From Ruditapes philippinarum (taxonomy: Eukaryota), in contig NW_026851604.1 in assembly GCF_026571515.1 (NCBI RefSeq), positions 1-64,000 on the forward strand: DNA of 64,000 nucleotides, given 5' to 3'. The position numbers and the translations under genes were made by a program. Below the pieces are notes generated by a model. The model was not told the DNA's origin. It was given only the letters and a program-made list of their open reading frames with translations, and made no database searches. Of this stretch, positions 1 through 12,977 are shown one piece after another; within the stretch, counting starts at the first letter, position 1, and every line of letters starts with the position of its first letter.

Positions 1-879
1 ACAAGACCAACTGAATGGAACCAAGCACGTCACTGATTAACAGGAGTTGTTAAAATGGCGAATTTAGGAAATGCGCTTTTTACAAAAGGCTGCACGTTCT
101 AGTGAAAACCCCTCTGGATATCTATGATTAAGACGGTGATTGTGTCGGTTGAATTGATTCTTAAGCTATAAAACCAATGCAATGCAGTCAAAATCTCAGG
201 CTGTGGTTTCAACATTAATTGAGTTACGAGTTTTGGTCAGGAAAATATAATTATAAAATAATACGCTTTTGTTTTAAATTCCAATAAAAAGGTAGTAATA
301 AGTAATCAAAACAACTTGGATTACATAAGTCTCTGTATGACATCAATTATTGTATTTTTTGATTTTAGTATCGATAGGTCTTAATGGTCCAAGCCACAGG
401 GACCGATTTACATTTTGCCCATTAGTGGGAGAATAATCACACAAAAAAGCAATGATTATGCAGTAGTGGTTTATCATTTCTAATTGTCCAAGACAAAATG
501 CCTCCTGTGATATGGTATACCAAGTAGTGCCTTGCTGTTAAAGGAAACAATGTTCTGAATTTGACCACCCATTATCATGACAACTTTTAAGTTTAACGTG
601 TGCAGACAGTATTTCGTACAAACCAGATGTTTTTTTTGTATTTTTCATGTTGTATTTTTTTCATTACAAATAAAATAAAAATATATACAATTTATTAAGT
701 TATTATGGGTCTTTTTAACTTTTTTTAAACTACATTTGATTTGAATTTGTGACTTGAGCATTATTGATGTTTTAATTTATTTTTTCTTTTAAATATTGTA
801 TCATTTATTTGGTTATATTGTACAGTACTTTTGAACGTGTCAATGTGCATGAAAAAAGTGCTTAAGAAGTTTGGTATAT

Positions 880-883
880 AATA

Positions 884-914
<31 letters not shown>

Positions 915-915
915 T
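880..915. repeat. (AAT)n microsatellite
   Basis: Near-perfect AAT run of about 12 units. Confidence 0.9.
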
Positions 916-1777
916 CATGGGACTAGAACCATTAAAAACCACAAAAACCGTTAAATATATTAAAAAACGTTAAAATATTATTACTGAAGAAAAGGAGAAA
1001 AATAATTTAAGTCTTTGATTAGAGTATACATATTCTCATGTGTTGTTAACCATCTCCAACTGTAAAATCCCTTTCTTTTTTATTTTTGTTTGCAAACTAT
1101 TGCTAGCAAGCTTTGGACATTTTTATGAACGGACTTGATTGTATTCACTATTAACTGTCCTAAAAACTTGGTAAAATTAAAGAATCAGTGGAATTGGCTT
1201 CTCAGATCAACTCTAGTATTATCAATTTAACCATTATTCAGTGTTAAACACTTCAATCACTGGCCTCGAGTTTATAAAACTTTTTCTTAGTTCTATCTCA
1301 AATATCAGGATTTTCATTGGTCAATATATATTCTGTGCATAATTCAGGTCATACTGAATTTATACTCGGGGGAAAAGTATTATAACATTGACTCTGGACT
1401 CAAATTTATGTAGACATATAAGACAGGTGAATAGCATATTCTCACAGTTATATCTTTCCAACGTCTTGACATCAATATCGGATTATTTACGGTATCAAAA
1501 CAGCTTTTATCCAATTACGAATATGATTGATATCAAAACAGTCGCATTTTGCGTTACTATCTATGAGCAATCTCTTCTCTACAGGATTACTTTCTGGATA
1601 TCGGGAGTGAGTTAAATGGTCATTAAAAAGAAAATAAATACTTTTGAGTTGAGAAAGAAAATACACATCATATTGTTATGAAAATGAAACAATTTCTAAA
1701 ATGGTATATGTCAATTTGTGCCAGTTGGTTTTCACCTTCATTCAATTGTCTTCTGTTTGTTTGTGTACTATGCTAAA

Positions 1778-1947
1778 GCATCCGTGCAGTCTGATCAGGA
1801 TCCGTGCTGTTCGCTTACAAACCCTATAACAAGTAGAGAAACTGATAGCGAATAGCATGGATCCTGATCAGACTGCGCGGATGCGCAGGCTGGTCTGTGT
1901 CCATGCTGGTCGCAAACACACTATGTTGGTTTTGTCATGACGCGGCT
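1778..1947. mobile_element. 5'-truncated copy of palindromic MITE (family of 9051-9252 and 22967-23200)
   Basis: Shares GCAGTCTGATCAGGATCC...GGATCCTGATCAGACTGCGC core and the right TIR TTTTGTCATGACGCGGCT with the other two copies. Confidence 0.85.
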
Positions 1948-4900
1948 AAAATCTTCATTGTGTATTCATATATTCAAGACATCTTTGTAGATTGAGTATT
2001 GAAATATTTAAATAGGTTCTGTAATTAGAGCTTATGCGATTTATACTTAGATATATCTATGGCTTTATAAACACAATTTCTATTACTGACGTAGCTTGGA
2101 AACACTGCGGCATATTAGTATGCTATTGACGTGTGTGCCATTGTGTCGTGTAATCGTTTTGTGAGCAGCAAATTTTATTATTGTACCTTGTTCAGTCTAT
2201 TGATATAAGGGCATTGTATTCGCATTGCCTATAAATTAATAATGAAATTCAAAATATGTTATCAATATTGTTTAAAACATTCAAGAAGTGCAAAATACAA
2301 GTTTCATTGAGTTTATTCAGTATGAAATGTACAATTTAAATAATGGTTAATCTTTACCGATGCTGATAGAATGTAAAGGAATTATTTTCTTTGAATTTTT
2401 TAAAAAAAAGAAAAGAAAAAAAAAACAACAAAAAACTGCGGCGTCTTTAATGCTTTGCTTAATACCGGTCTTGCAATGTCAAATCATATTTGTTAGGTGA
2501 TCAGTTTGTAAAGTGGTCTCAACAGTGGAATGTCCGTCCCACAGAATAAAAAACTATTCTGCATACACTACTTTGGTGATTGTCGATTTCAATTATAAAA
2601 AACCCATGTCCAATCATATATTGATTTCACTAAAGGGTTTAGTAATGATAAAATTCTAAAGTATCCCTTACTCTGCGATAACTTACGCTGCTCATTACGT
2701 ATGCAATTTGATGCACTGCCAATTACATACTTGCATATGACATTAAAGTAATGCCTTGCAATTAAGATGAATGGAGTTTGAATTATTAATGATGAAATAA
2801 TATTGTAATAATTATATCATATTATATTTAATCTTAATAAATTGCCGTCACGGACTATTAATGATTTGTGTCATTCAGAATATGTAATAGTAGTCTAGAC
2901 TCCTGTGTAATAACGTTGCAAACGGTACTAAATAATTACCTTAATCAACTCAGCGCGTGCTGTTAAATTCACAAGTTTATTTATAACTTACATATGTTTG
3001 ATCTGTCGCCGACTTTAAATGACATTTTAATCAATATTGTTGGCACGTATTCCGACAAGAGGAAATGAATTTTTCATTGCGTTTAACCAGATACGCTGCG
3101 ACATCAGACTGCATTTAAAAGTTAAATATTGTTAAGTGAACAAAAAAAATTATGTACACATTGCAAACGGCACTTTCAATCCATGTTAATTACCATATAA
3201 AGGTCAAAATATTCAATAATAGCCCTTTCTATGAAAGTAACACAGTAGAAATATGGCGATGAAATGCTGCAAAATGAACCATCAAATGCATATAACATGT
3301 ACAACTTTACTTGAGTTATGAATAATTTTACATTGTAAATCTAAAATTCTGAGAACTTCTTTCTTAAAATAGAATTGTTTGATTCTTTACCCTTTTTTGC
3401 TCATCTTGAAGCATGCACTTTAAGCAGTATACAGTCTTCAACAACACAATTGTATGAAATAAAAGATCCCTTAAAGAAAATCTTTGCATTGACTCACTTT
3501 ACATATTTACTAGCTATGGCAACTTTATCGGATAAATAGCCATTTTATTATCATGTATCACACACTTTAAGTGTTTGATAAACATTTTATAAAGATTTTG
3601 TTAGCTTTCCGAACCAATCCATCCTTATAATTCTTGTTTATATTGTCAGGCAAGCAATAACGATTTGCAAAGTTTCCTAGATATAAAATTGCAATACATT
3701 GTATCTATAAAAGTGATCGAAAATACCTGTATTGGAGAGAAAACGTAATAATGGTACTACGCGTGCATGTTGAGGCTTTTGTACACCTTATCAATAAATA
3801 GCAAGTAAGAGATTTTGAAAGAGCTGCGGAAAATATTAAAAGTATTGCCTTATCTTAAGAGCCATAACGAAATATTTTGGTTGGTCAGAAGTATATATAT
3901 ATGAATTATATGAAAGAGACAAAAGACAAGTCGTGAATACACTTAATATTAATATGCCAACGAGTAACAAAGAAATATTTTTTTTAAAAGACGGGAAACA
4001 AAAACCCAATAAATGGTACAAGTTAAAACGACAAAGATGAGAGTTTTTGCAGATGCCATACAAAAAATACCGCAGACACGGCACGAAATACTGCAGGTGC
4101 TGCACATAATATTAAAGATAAACGATAAAGACATCCGTAGGTAATATTAATTGTTTTATGTTGAATGTTTGCCTGAAAAAATGATATTATATCTTATATT
4201 TAAACGCATTAGTAATTATTTGAGATTTAACACACGTATTAGCACTATTCTTAAATGCGTTTTGACTATCCGTTAGCGTTGTTTGTACAATCTATTCGAC
4301 TCCGAGTTTTATTGAATATTTACCCTATCCTCATCGTATTTGTTCGATTTTTATTATGTTGCGTAGGCGACTTGTTATTTGCAATCTCTTGTTAATACTG
4401 ATACCGATATTGCTATGTTCCCTTAAGTTCAACGAACTATCATCGACGGTAGTCCTAAAGGTCGGAAATCCCGTGAGTGAAACAATGCATAATTTTTGTC
4501 TAATTTTATATCCCCTTTGATATCTGGAATTGGTTTTATATCAACTTACAAATCTATATGAAACAAATACCTTGTACTGGAATATTAAAACAAAATATAA
4601 TGAATGTTTGTTATGAACTGCTACTTCTCTTTTTTTTTTAAAATAATACTTCATTTATTTGGTATATGGGGGTTTAATGTTAATTTAAGCAGCCATTGGT
4701 ATTTTTTATTCTCTATAAAATATTAAGATTAAAGACCAAATAGTATGTCTGTTCATGTTTTGAATACATAAAGATAATTTAGTGAATATTTTCTATCATA
4801 AAACTAGCATTTTAAATATCACACCGAAAATAAACGTGTTACCCGTTTATGAGCGTTTCCTGTAGTAAAGCAATGAAGTATGTCAATGTTTTAGATTTGT

Positions 4901-6514
4901 TTATTCTATCCTGGCAGCAAATAACTATTTTCACACTTCCTCCAGAAATGATATTGTTATGCTTTATAAAAGTGCTTGAAAATAGTATGGATTATTAAAG
5001 AAGGTATTCTCAAAATTTGCGAACTCTTATCTAAATATGATTATCATTTGTTATTAATAAGCAATACAGGACAGACATGCATTAGTTTACTTAAGTTTAT
5101 CTCTGAGATTAAAATCTGCATTTCTATCCTTCTTTGTTTTGACAAAATAAGTCTACATGAATGACAGTCAAATGGAAACATGGTCTTACTTCACTGGCAG
5201 ATACAACAACCAAATTCGAACGAAAACTTGATAGAGGATATGACAAGAATCGGGGGAATAGAAAGTTTAGTGAAACATAAGTGAAAGTTGGTGGAAGTAA
5301 AAGATAGGTATTTGAATTTGTAATAACTCACTCAATATAATATGTATCTTATCTTGCGTTCTTGTCTCTAACATTCACTGCTGTGTATATGCCTACGCCT
5401 GACCTCCATTGCAACTGGGTAGTTTATTTTAATAAATAGCACTTAAAATATTGATGACGATCTATCATGAGCATTTACTGGAGCACAGTAATAGTAATAT
5501 TTTCAAATCCAGACGTGACTGGCTAAAACCATCCTCGCAAACGATAAAAAATGTACTTGAAAGGTGAAATAGGTAATACGAGCGATGTCTTACGGAAGAA
5601 AAAGAGGATTTGGGTGCATTATTCTTTGTCGTATTTTCGCAAGGGGTTAAAACAAAATTTCGACAACGCGATTACTTTGTTCTTATTTTCGTGATTCCGT
5701 CTTGCGCCCCGCGATGCCAAAATACAGTGAGAAGATCTAAAAGTGAGCAAAAATTCGCAAGCATTATTGCCCAAAGTAAAAATGTATATATATGACAAAA
5801 GTATTGCCGGTGGTATCGCTAATTGACTACTTCTCATAGTGAGTTTCAATCATTGAGTGCATATCTGCTCACTGCTCACTGAGTCGAACTCAAAGAGTAC
5901 AATTTTCTCACATAGCACCTTTTACTGCTGAGTTGTTTTTATTGTAAACTACGCTCAATAGGGATTTCATACTGTTAATGTTGCCTACGAAGTGGTACTT
6001 AAAACAAATTTTCTCCGACTGAGTACCGTTCACTAAGATCTTTGTTCAAAATACAAAGTTCTTACTGTGTTTTAAGTTTTTTTTTAATCAGCCTTCAAAG
6101 ACAAATCAATGTGTTCCCGGCGCACCAATAAGCTTAATGGGATATTGGAAGATCTATTTACAAAAGTAGAGAATTTCTTCAGCGTACTATGCAATTTCTT
6201 TAAGCATATTACGGCATCCGAGACTATTCGTACAATGTAGCGCACTAACTGTGTGGTTCAATTATTTAAATCACTGCGAGAAACATAATTATTTTATTAT
6301 ATTTGTAACATTTATTATTTATAATGATGCAAGCTATCGATCAAGCAATAGATAATGAATTTAGATATTACTGCATTTGTTCAAAATGATTTTACTTGTT
6401 TTTTATTACCCATCACTATTTTATAATATTAATTTCCCCTTAGGGCAATGGGAATTATTCATACTGTTAATTCAAATGTACCATGTGACTAAAATTATTT
6501 ACTGTTACATAGGT

Positions 6515-7461
6515 AACAATATATAAATAACACATGGGTTTGTGGGTAACAGTAAAAATATCATCCCGAGGAAAATACTGTTATAGTGTTATACTGTAAC
6601 AGTATTTATACGAGGGATGATATTTTTACTGTTACCCACAAACCCATGTGTTATTTATTTTATTACCCCGAACAAATACTGTGATGATCTGAATTTGTCA
6701 ACTAAATCTAACTGTAACAAAAATAAGCCAAGAGAAGCAATAACTAAACTGTTCTTACCTTGCAAGTTTTAAGTGCACTGTAGGCCTACTTGAGAACCTG
6801 TTTTTCTTTTATTCCTTTGGCAAGTGATGATATCTACCAGTCATAAACATAAAATAAGCTGTGTTTTATTCAGAAAACAAAACACTAACCCATTTATAAG
6901 GTTATGATCTGTGAAATCTGATCCTTCTGCATCCAGAATATTCTTCGCATGTTTTTTGACAAAGTGCATTTAGAAAATAACGATGATATCCTACAGATGT
7001 CTGGCCACCAACTCTATCTGTAACGTTTCACTGGTTAAAATTGTTAAATTATCCTTTCTTGCATGCTTTAATTGTCTGCATGTTACAGTTTGACAAAATT
7101 ATTTACATTACAGTTACTTCCGTTGAAAACGGATGTTTCCTGTTGACTATTCAACAAAAAGATATTTTATACGCTAAAGGGACTCTAGGGTGCAAAGAAC
7201 TAAATTTTATCAGAGTAATAGTTACTTCGGCGATGCCCTATCGTCGAAAATAAGAATGAATCGAGAAAAAAATGGCGGACATTTTATTTCATTTTATTTA
7301 GAAAATAGACCACGTGACCAGATTTTATACTGTTAAAAAATACTGTTACCTATGTAACAGTACAAAATTCGTAGTCACGTGGTACACTCCTATTACCAGT
7401 AAGAATAACTCCCAGAGGCCTATGGGAAATTAACATTACGAAAAAAGTGAGGGGTAATAAT
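6515..7461 (+). mobile_element. ~945-bp non-autonomous element, Crypton-like (copy 1 of tandem dimer)
   Basis: Highly similar to 7456-8378 and 17241-18186. Left-end long hairpin; ends AACAAT / GGGGTAATAAT; no conserved ORF. Confidence 0.8.
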
Positions 7462-8378
7462 ATATAAATAACACATGGGTTTGCGGGTACCAGTAAAAAT
7501 ATCATCCCGAGGAAAATACTGTTACCCGAGGCGTAGCCGTTTTACGAGGGATGATATTTTTACTGTTACTCACCAACCCATGTGTTATTTATTTTATTAC
7601 CCCGAACAAAAATACTGTGATGATCTGAAATTGTCAACTGAATCTAACTGTAACAAAAATAAACCAAGAGTAACAATAACTAAACTGTACTTACCTTTTA
7701 AGTTTTAAGTGTACTTTAGGCCTACTTGAGAAGTTTTCTTTTTCTTTTAAGCAAGTGATGATATCTACAAATCATAAACATATTATAAGCTAGGTTTTAT
7801 TTAGAAAACAAAACACTAACCCATTTAAGCGGCTATGATCTCATCATCTGTGAAATCTGATCCTTCTGTTTCCAGAATATTCTTAGCATTGTTTTTGACA
7901 AAATAACGATGATATCCTTTGTCTGTCCACCATATCTGTAACGTTTCACATATATAATCTTTTGTTGCATGCTTAAATCGTCTGCATGTTCCAGTTTGAC
8001 ACATAATTATTTACATTGCAATTACTTCCGTACTTCACTTTTTGACTATTCAACAAAAAGATATTTTATATGCGAAAAGCACACCAGGGTGCGAACAACT
8101 AAATTTTATGAGTGTCATAGTTACTCCAGAGAAGAAATTGATGTCCTATCTGGGTTTAACGTCGAAAATAAGAATGAATCGAGAAAAAAATGGCGGCTAT
8201 TTAATTTCATTTTATTTAGGAAATAGACCACGTGACCAGATTTATACTGTTAAAAAATACTGTTACCTATGTAATATTACAAAATTCTTAGTCACGTGGT
8301 ACACTTGCATTAACAGTAAAAATAACTCCCAGAGGCCTATGGGAAATTAGCATTACGAAAAAAATGAGGGGTAATAAT
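7456..8378 (+). mobile_element. ~920-bp non-autonomous element, Crypton-like (copy 2 of tandem dimer)
   Basis: Head-to-tail with copy 1, sharing one AATAAT at 7456-7461; ends with AATAAT at 8373-8378. Confidence 0.8.
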
Positions 8379-9050
8379 ACTTTTTCACAGTCACAAAAAT
8401 CTGAAAAATAAAAACATATAGAAACAGTGTCCCATTGAAGTATTTGTTCGTGGTAATAATATAAGTAACAAAATTTTAGTAACAGCAAACATACCATCCG
8501 TCGTAAACATACTATTTACCTCGGCTAACCCGTCGGGTAACAGTAATTTCCTTAGAATGATATTTTTTCTGTTACTCACCTATGTGTTTTGTGTGTGTGT
8601 GTGTTTTTTTATAAAATATTAATTTAGTGTTCCTCCGTGAAGCATGTTTGTTTTCACTGATCACTTGCCGAACCGTCCTAATTTGTGCAAACTTTTATAT
8701 GAATTCTTTAAGAAAAAGCTGTGGTACGGATGAGGAAAGTCTTACCTACAATCATTTGATTAGTTGTTAAACAGGGCTATCATAAAAAATAACCATCCCG
8801 CACTCACTATCTCCTAAACTAATTAATATTTACGTGATTTTATTTTCTCTAGTGCCTTTGTAAAAGCGTGAAAGTCATTTCACTGACTTGGCTATTAGTC
8901 AAAACACTGCAAGGTAAGATAAATAATAAATTACTAAGTGCATTACAAAAACACTAAAATGCATTGTTTTGCAATAAGGATTGTTTTGCTTTAAGCATCA
9001 TTTTGTTTTCCATTTTGTTTGCATGCAGACTTCCCTCATGAAAACATTAT

Positions 9051-9252
9051 ATGAGCCGTGTCACGACAAAACCAACATAGCATCCGCGCAGTCTGATCAG
9101 GATCCATGCTGTTCGCTTTCAGTTTCTCTACTTGTTATAAAGTTTGTAAGCGAACAGCATGGATCCTGATCAGACTGCGCAGATGCGCAGGCTGGTCTGG
9201 ATCCATGCTGGTCGCAAACCCATTATGTTGGTTTTGTCGTGACGCGGCTCAT
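9051..9252. mobile_element. Palindromic MITE
   Basis: TIRs ATGAGCCGTGTCACGACAAAACCAACATA / TATGTTGGTTTTGTCGTGACGCGGCTCAT, with an internal inverted repeat; AT-rich flanks. Confidence 0.9.
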
Positions 9253-12089
9253 ATTATGTAAACAGCAACTCTTTTAAGATTTTGAAAATGGATGTTATAT
9301 TTGATCATGTATCTCACAATCGCCATATCTATGTCCATATCCATATATAATTATTATGTGATTTCTTCTCTGATACTTAAAACTATAAACGTACTTATTT
9401 GTTGTATAACAAGCAATCCATTATAAACCAACTCATTGAAACACTTGACAGACTTCAAATGTGCATCATACTTTTATGGTTTTTTTTTGTTTCTTTTTAG
9501 ATGCATTTCAATGTCCTTGCCTTAGATGCTGCCCAGTAATTCTAGTTATTGATTTGATATCAGTTGCCGCAGGCCCCGCCTTTGTTCGAACGCTGTTAAT
9601 AAAGTTTCTATATTAAAGACACAATATACCTCAGACATATATTGTTTTTTCCTTCTGTGTGTTTAAACTCTAAAACTTAAGAATGTATAAGATGATTATC
9701 GCGCTAATTATGAAAACGTTTATAGTTTGTCATATAGGAAAAAACAAGACTGGTTCAAGTTTTAGGTTAATACGTACTTTTTGTCGCGTAAAATTGACAT
9801 AAGTTATATCAAGTAGATTACTATCCTCATTGTAAGGCGTTTACAAACTATTTGACAGTGTATCTACCTTAAAGCATAAAGTGACGTACAAATGTTGAAT
9901 TTTTTCGTTGTCAATTACAGGGGTATGAGATACATGTATAATTATGTTTCACGTAAAGATTGACTATTTTAATGTGATAACATTAAAAGTGCCTAAAATA
10001 TAAAAAATACTGTCTCACTCTTTTTATCAAGGCAGCGTTACCGATACATTCTGAAAGATATTTTATAGAAATTTCCGTATGACTTGTGCATTTCTAGTAT
10101 TGAATATTTTTAAAAAAGTAGAATATGAAATTGGAAACAAATATGGCAAAATATAATAAAAGGCTTTCAACAAATACACTTAAATGGGCATAATGCCACT
10201 TTAAATAGGTATGTAAATGTACAATGTTTAAAATAAATCTGAAGTGCGCTTCGCGAAAAGACCCAGTAAGGTACATTAACATAAAGATTTCATGGCGCCG
10301 TAATAGAAATAAGCAATTTAAATAAAGGAATTAAGACTTTAACAGAAATAATGGCCATGTTTGCATTAACGACGATGAAGCAAAAGGAGTTCAATCTTCA
10401 AATTCTTTATATCCAATTGTATTATGTATATTATGTATTTATGCTTTAGAAGGCATAAAAATTCAATACTCTTATGCATTTTGTTTTATGTATTTCACCA
10501 TTATGCTGTTATGTGTTAAATTAATGTACAGTTTCCATTCGACCTGTCATGTGTCCGTATACTATGGGATATCATGTAAGCGATACTTACGCTATTACAT
10601 TGTACTTTCTTTTACTTAGGCCACTATTCCATTGGTACGCGATTAAATATGTTATAATACGTCTTGGTTTGAATGAATTATTCTTTATTTGTCATGAGCG
10701 CTGCGATTTTATCAGTGTGACCCCGACCTTTGCTTAACAAGACTTATATTTGTAGGCATTTTATTTTCATTATTTCGCGGATCTCAATTTTCAACACGTA
10801 AAGTGCTGGAATCAATGATCTCGAAGGACCAGAAAAATATTATAACACTGAAGTGTAACCCCTATCCATTATTACACACACTTGCATTAGAGTGTATTTG
10901 GGCAAAATTATTTCAGTTGCTGAGAAATATTTACTCTCTACAACATATTTATATCTTGTCATCAATGTACGGTATTGCAAGTGGCAGTACATTATATTAT
11001 TTGTCATGTCTCGTAGAAATAACGCTCCGGCGAAACTCGCTTCCAACGCATACTGAATCGCAAAATTGTTTTCTAAAGTCGATACAAACATCCGCTCAAA
11101 ACGTTCAGCGACGAGGCATCATTTTTCCCCGGGATTATGTATTCAGTATACTAGCTCCAATGGGACGATGCCTAGCAGTGCTATTAGCAAAGACGGCAGA
11201 CATTTTTCCAATGGATTGATTTATCGGCCAAGTAGCGTGTAAACATTGCTCATCTTTCTGTTTTTGCAGAAAATCACGGATTATATGGCATATCTGTCCA
11301 AAAGGATTTTTATAGAAGATATCTGGATATAGGTGTCTATACAGTGAACTGTTTCATCTAAATTGATTAAGTGTTACACGGAAAAAAGCTACATATCTCT
11401 TGTGTGAAACATGTGCTCTCTGTTTTAAGTATTGGCTGGTTTAAGTGGTTTTGCGTTTAAAAGGAAATTGATATGTTTCCGATAGGTCACGTGACACAAG
11501 AGTTTTATCGTACTTAACTACAGATTGAATGTTCAGAGATAAGAAAAACACTATTCATTATTCATTATCGTGTTGAAAAAAATATGTGATATATTTTCTG
11601 ATTTTTTTTTAAATATCTGAATGAAATGTGATAAATGACGTATAACAAATACGGATAACAAATACCGTATTAGAACACAGCGGGTGCCTTTGTACAAGGT
11701 CGATATTATAGACCGACTGATTAATCGCAAAGAGAAAAGAACTTCGATTGAGGCTTTCATTAAACAATTTGCTCAAAAGATATGATGTTGACTGACTTGG
11801 ATGCGGTTTATCAAAGGAATTATTGATCACTAACGAGAAGAAAAGAAAGAGTCCAATATTGTATGACAAAGTTAAGTGATAAAGCAATGTTCTCTGTACT
11901 TCAAATCAATTCAATCGTTTGGTGATATAGTTTAAGTTAGGCATTTATCGTGTCGGGGGATTTTGGACGTACAACGAACATGGAATTAAGTTAACTTCAT
12001 TAATAAATAAATAATGAATAAGGAATCTTTGTGAGGTTACTTCTTTGACTTTTATTTGTTTTAAGGTCGAACTTTGCTTTTTTTACAAG

Positions 12090-12977
12090 ATGGAACGACG
12101 AGAGAGTAAGTCACGTGCTGACAGACGAGAAATACGTTCCGTTTGCATGCCGGTGCCGACAATAGTTTTAAATAATTCCGACAAACCGGAACATATAGGA
12201 TTATCTCATTCACGGTCGGCAGGAGACTTAGATACTACTGTAGCAGACGTTGAATATGAAATGGCGGGAAAAGCTGAAGGAATGACACATTTTTCAAGTT
12301 CGGTGTCAGACGATTTGCACGACAAAACTCAAATAAATGTGAATGCAATTGGCTTGTATTGCTCACCTAGAATGACACGTCGTTCAGCTAAAAGTCCCGA
12401 GGAGCCTCCTATGAAACAATCTGGAATATGTTTAGATTCACTTAATGCATGTAACCTGAACTGCCTTGACCCAGGAAGCCGTGTTGGAAGCACGGTGTCT
12501 TTAAACAGTGAATATACCGCCCGAAGTGTAGGTCTTATTTCAAATGATTCGAATTCCGAATACTCCTGTCACAATTACCCTGTCATGGATGGATCCATGC
12601 AGAAGCATAGTGTTTTGAAACGATTTTATTCCACACCGGAAAAAGATGAAGACATCATGAATTACACGTCATCAGTTCGACGGAATTCAAAATCGTTAGG
12701 TAATATGCAACAGGAGGATTTGGAAAACTTTGTTTCTTTTGATTTTGGAAGTGATTCTACAACAGACGACAATTTTCAGCAAAATCTAGAACCTAGCTGT
12801 GATATAGATGAATCGTTAGCCAGGAGAACAGGATATAATGAAGACGGTGCTAATTCAGATGGTCAAACTGATCGAAATCTGGTAACGCTTGTAACCGGAA
12901 GTGCAACGCTTCGTGACGGCCGGATACGGAAGTGGCTTACAGAAATAACGGAGCCAGACGAAAATTCAAATTCGTAA
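12090..12977 (+). CDS. Uncharacterised ~295-aa Ser/Asp/Asn-rich, probably disordered protein (single coding exon)
   Basis: Long, GC-elevated ORF in AT-rich DNA. Acceptor TTTATTTGTTTTAAG ends at 12065, ATG at 12090 (AAGATGG), AATAAA at ~13013. No recognisable domain. Confidence 0.75.
   Translation: MERRESKSRADRREIRSVCMPVPTIVLNNSDKPEHIGLSHSRSAGDLDTTVADVEYEMAGKAEGMTHFSSSVSDDLHDKTQINVNAIGLYCSPRMTRRSAKSPEEPPMKQSGICLDSLNACNLNCLDPGSRVGSTVSLNSEYTARSVGLISNDSNSEYSCHNYPVMDGSMQKHSVLKRFYSTPEKDEDIMNYTSSVRRNSKSLGNMQQEDLENFVSFDFGSDSTTDDNFQQNLEPSCDIDESLARRTGYNEDGANSDGQTDRNLVTLVTGSATLRDGRIRKWLTEITEPDENSNS

Larger units (their letters stand above)
6403..8588 (-). mobile_element. Old, diverged, internally deleted copy of the Crypton-like family, split by a younger tandem dimer
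   Basis: 6403-6517 is the reverse complement of the family right end. 8379-8588 carries the continuation and the reverse complement of the left hairpin. Removing the insert rejoins GGTAACAAT|ACTTTTTCACAG. Confidence 0.7.

Noticed and set aside
7041-8350. Repeated TIQQKDILYAK ORFs (also 17834)
   Set aside because: Frames and starts differ among copies; non-coding repeat interior.
10803-11219. 138-aa ORF
   Set aside because: GTG start inside a dispersed repeat (matches 45715), no domain; more likely the promoter/5' region of the 12-kb gene.
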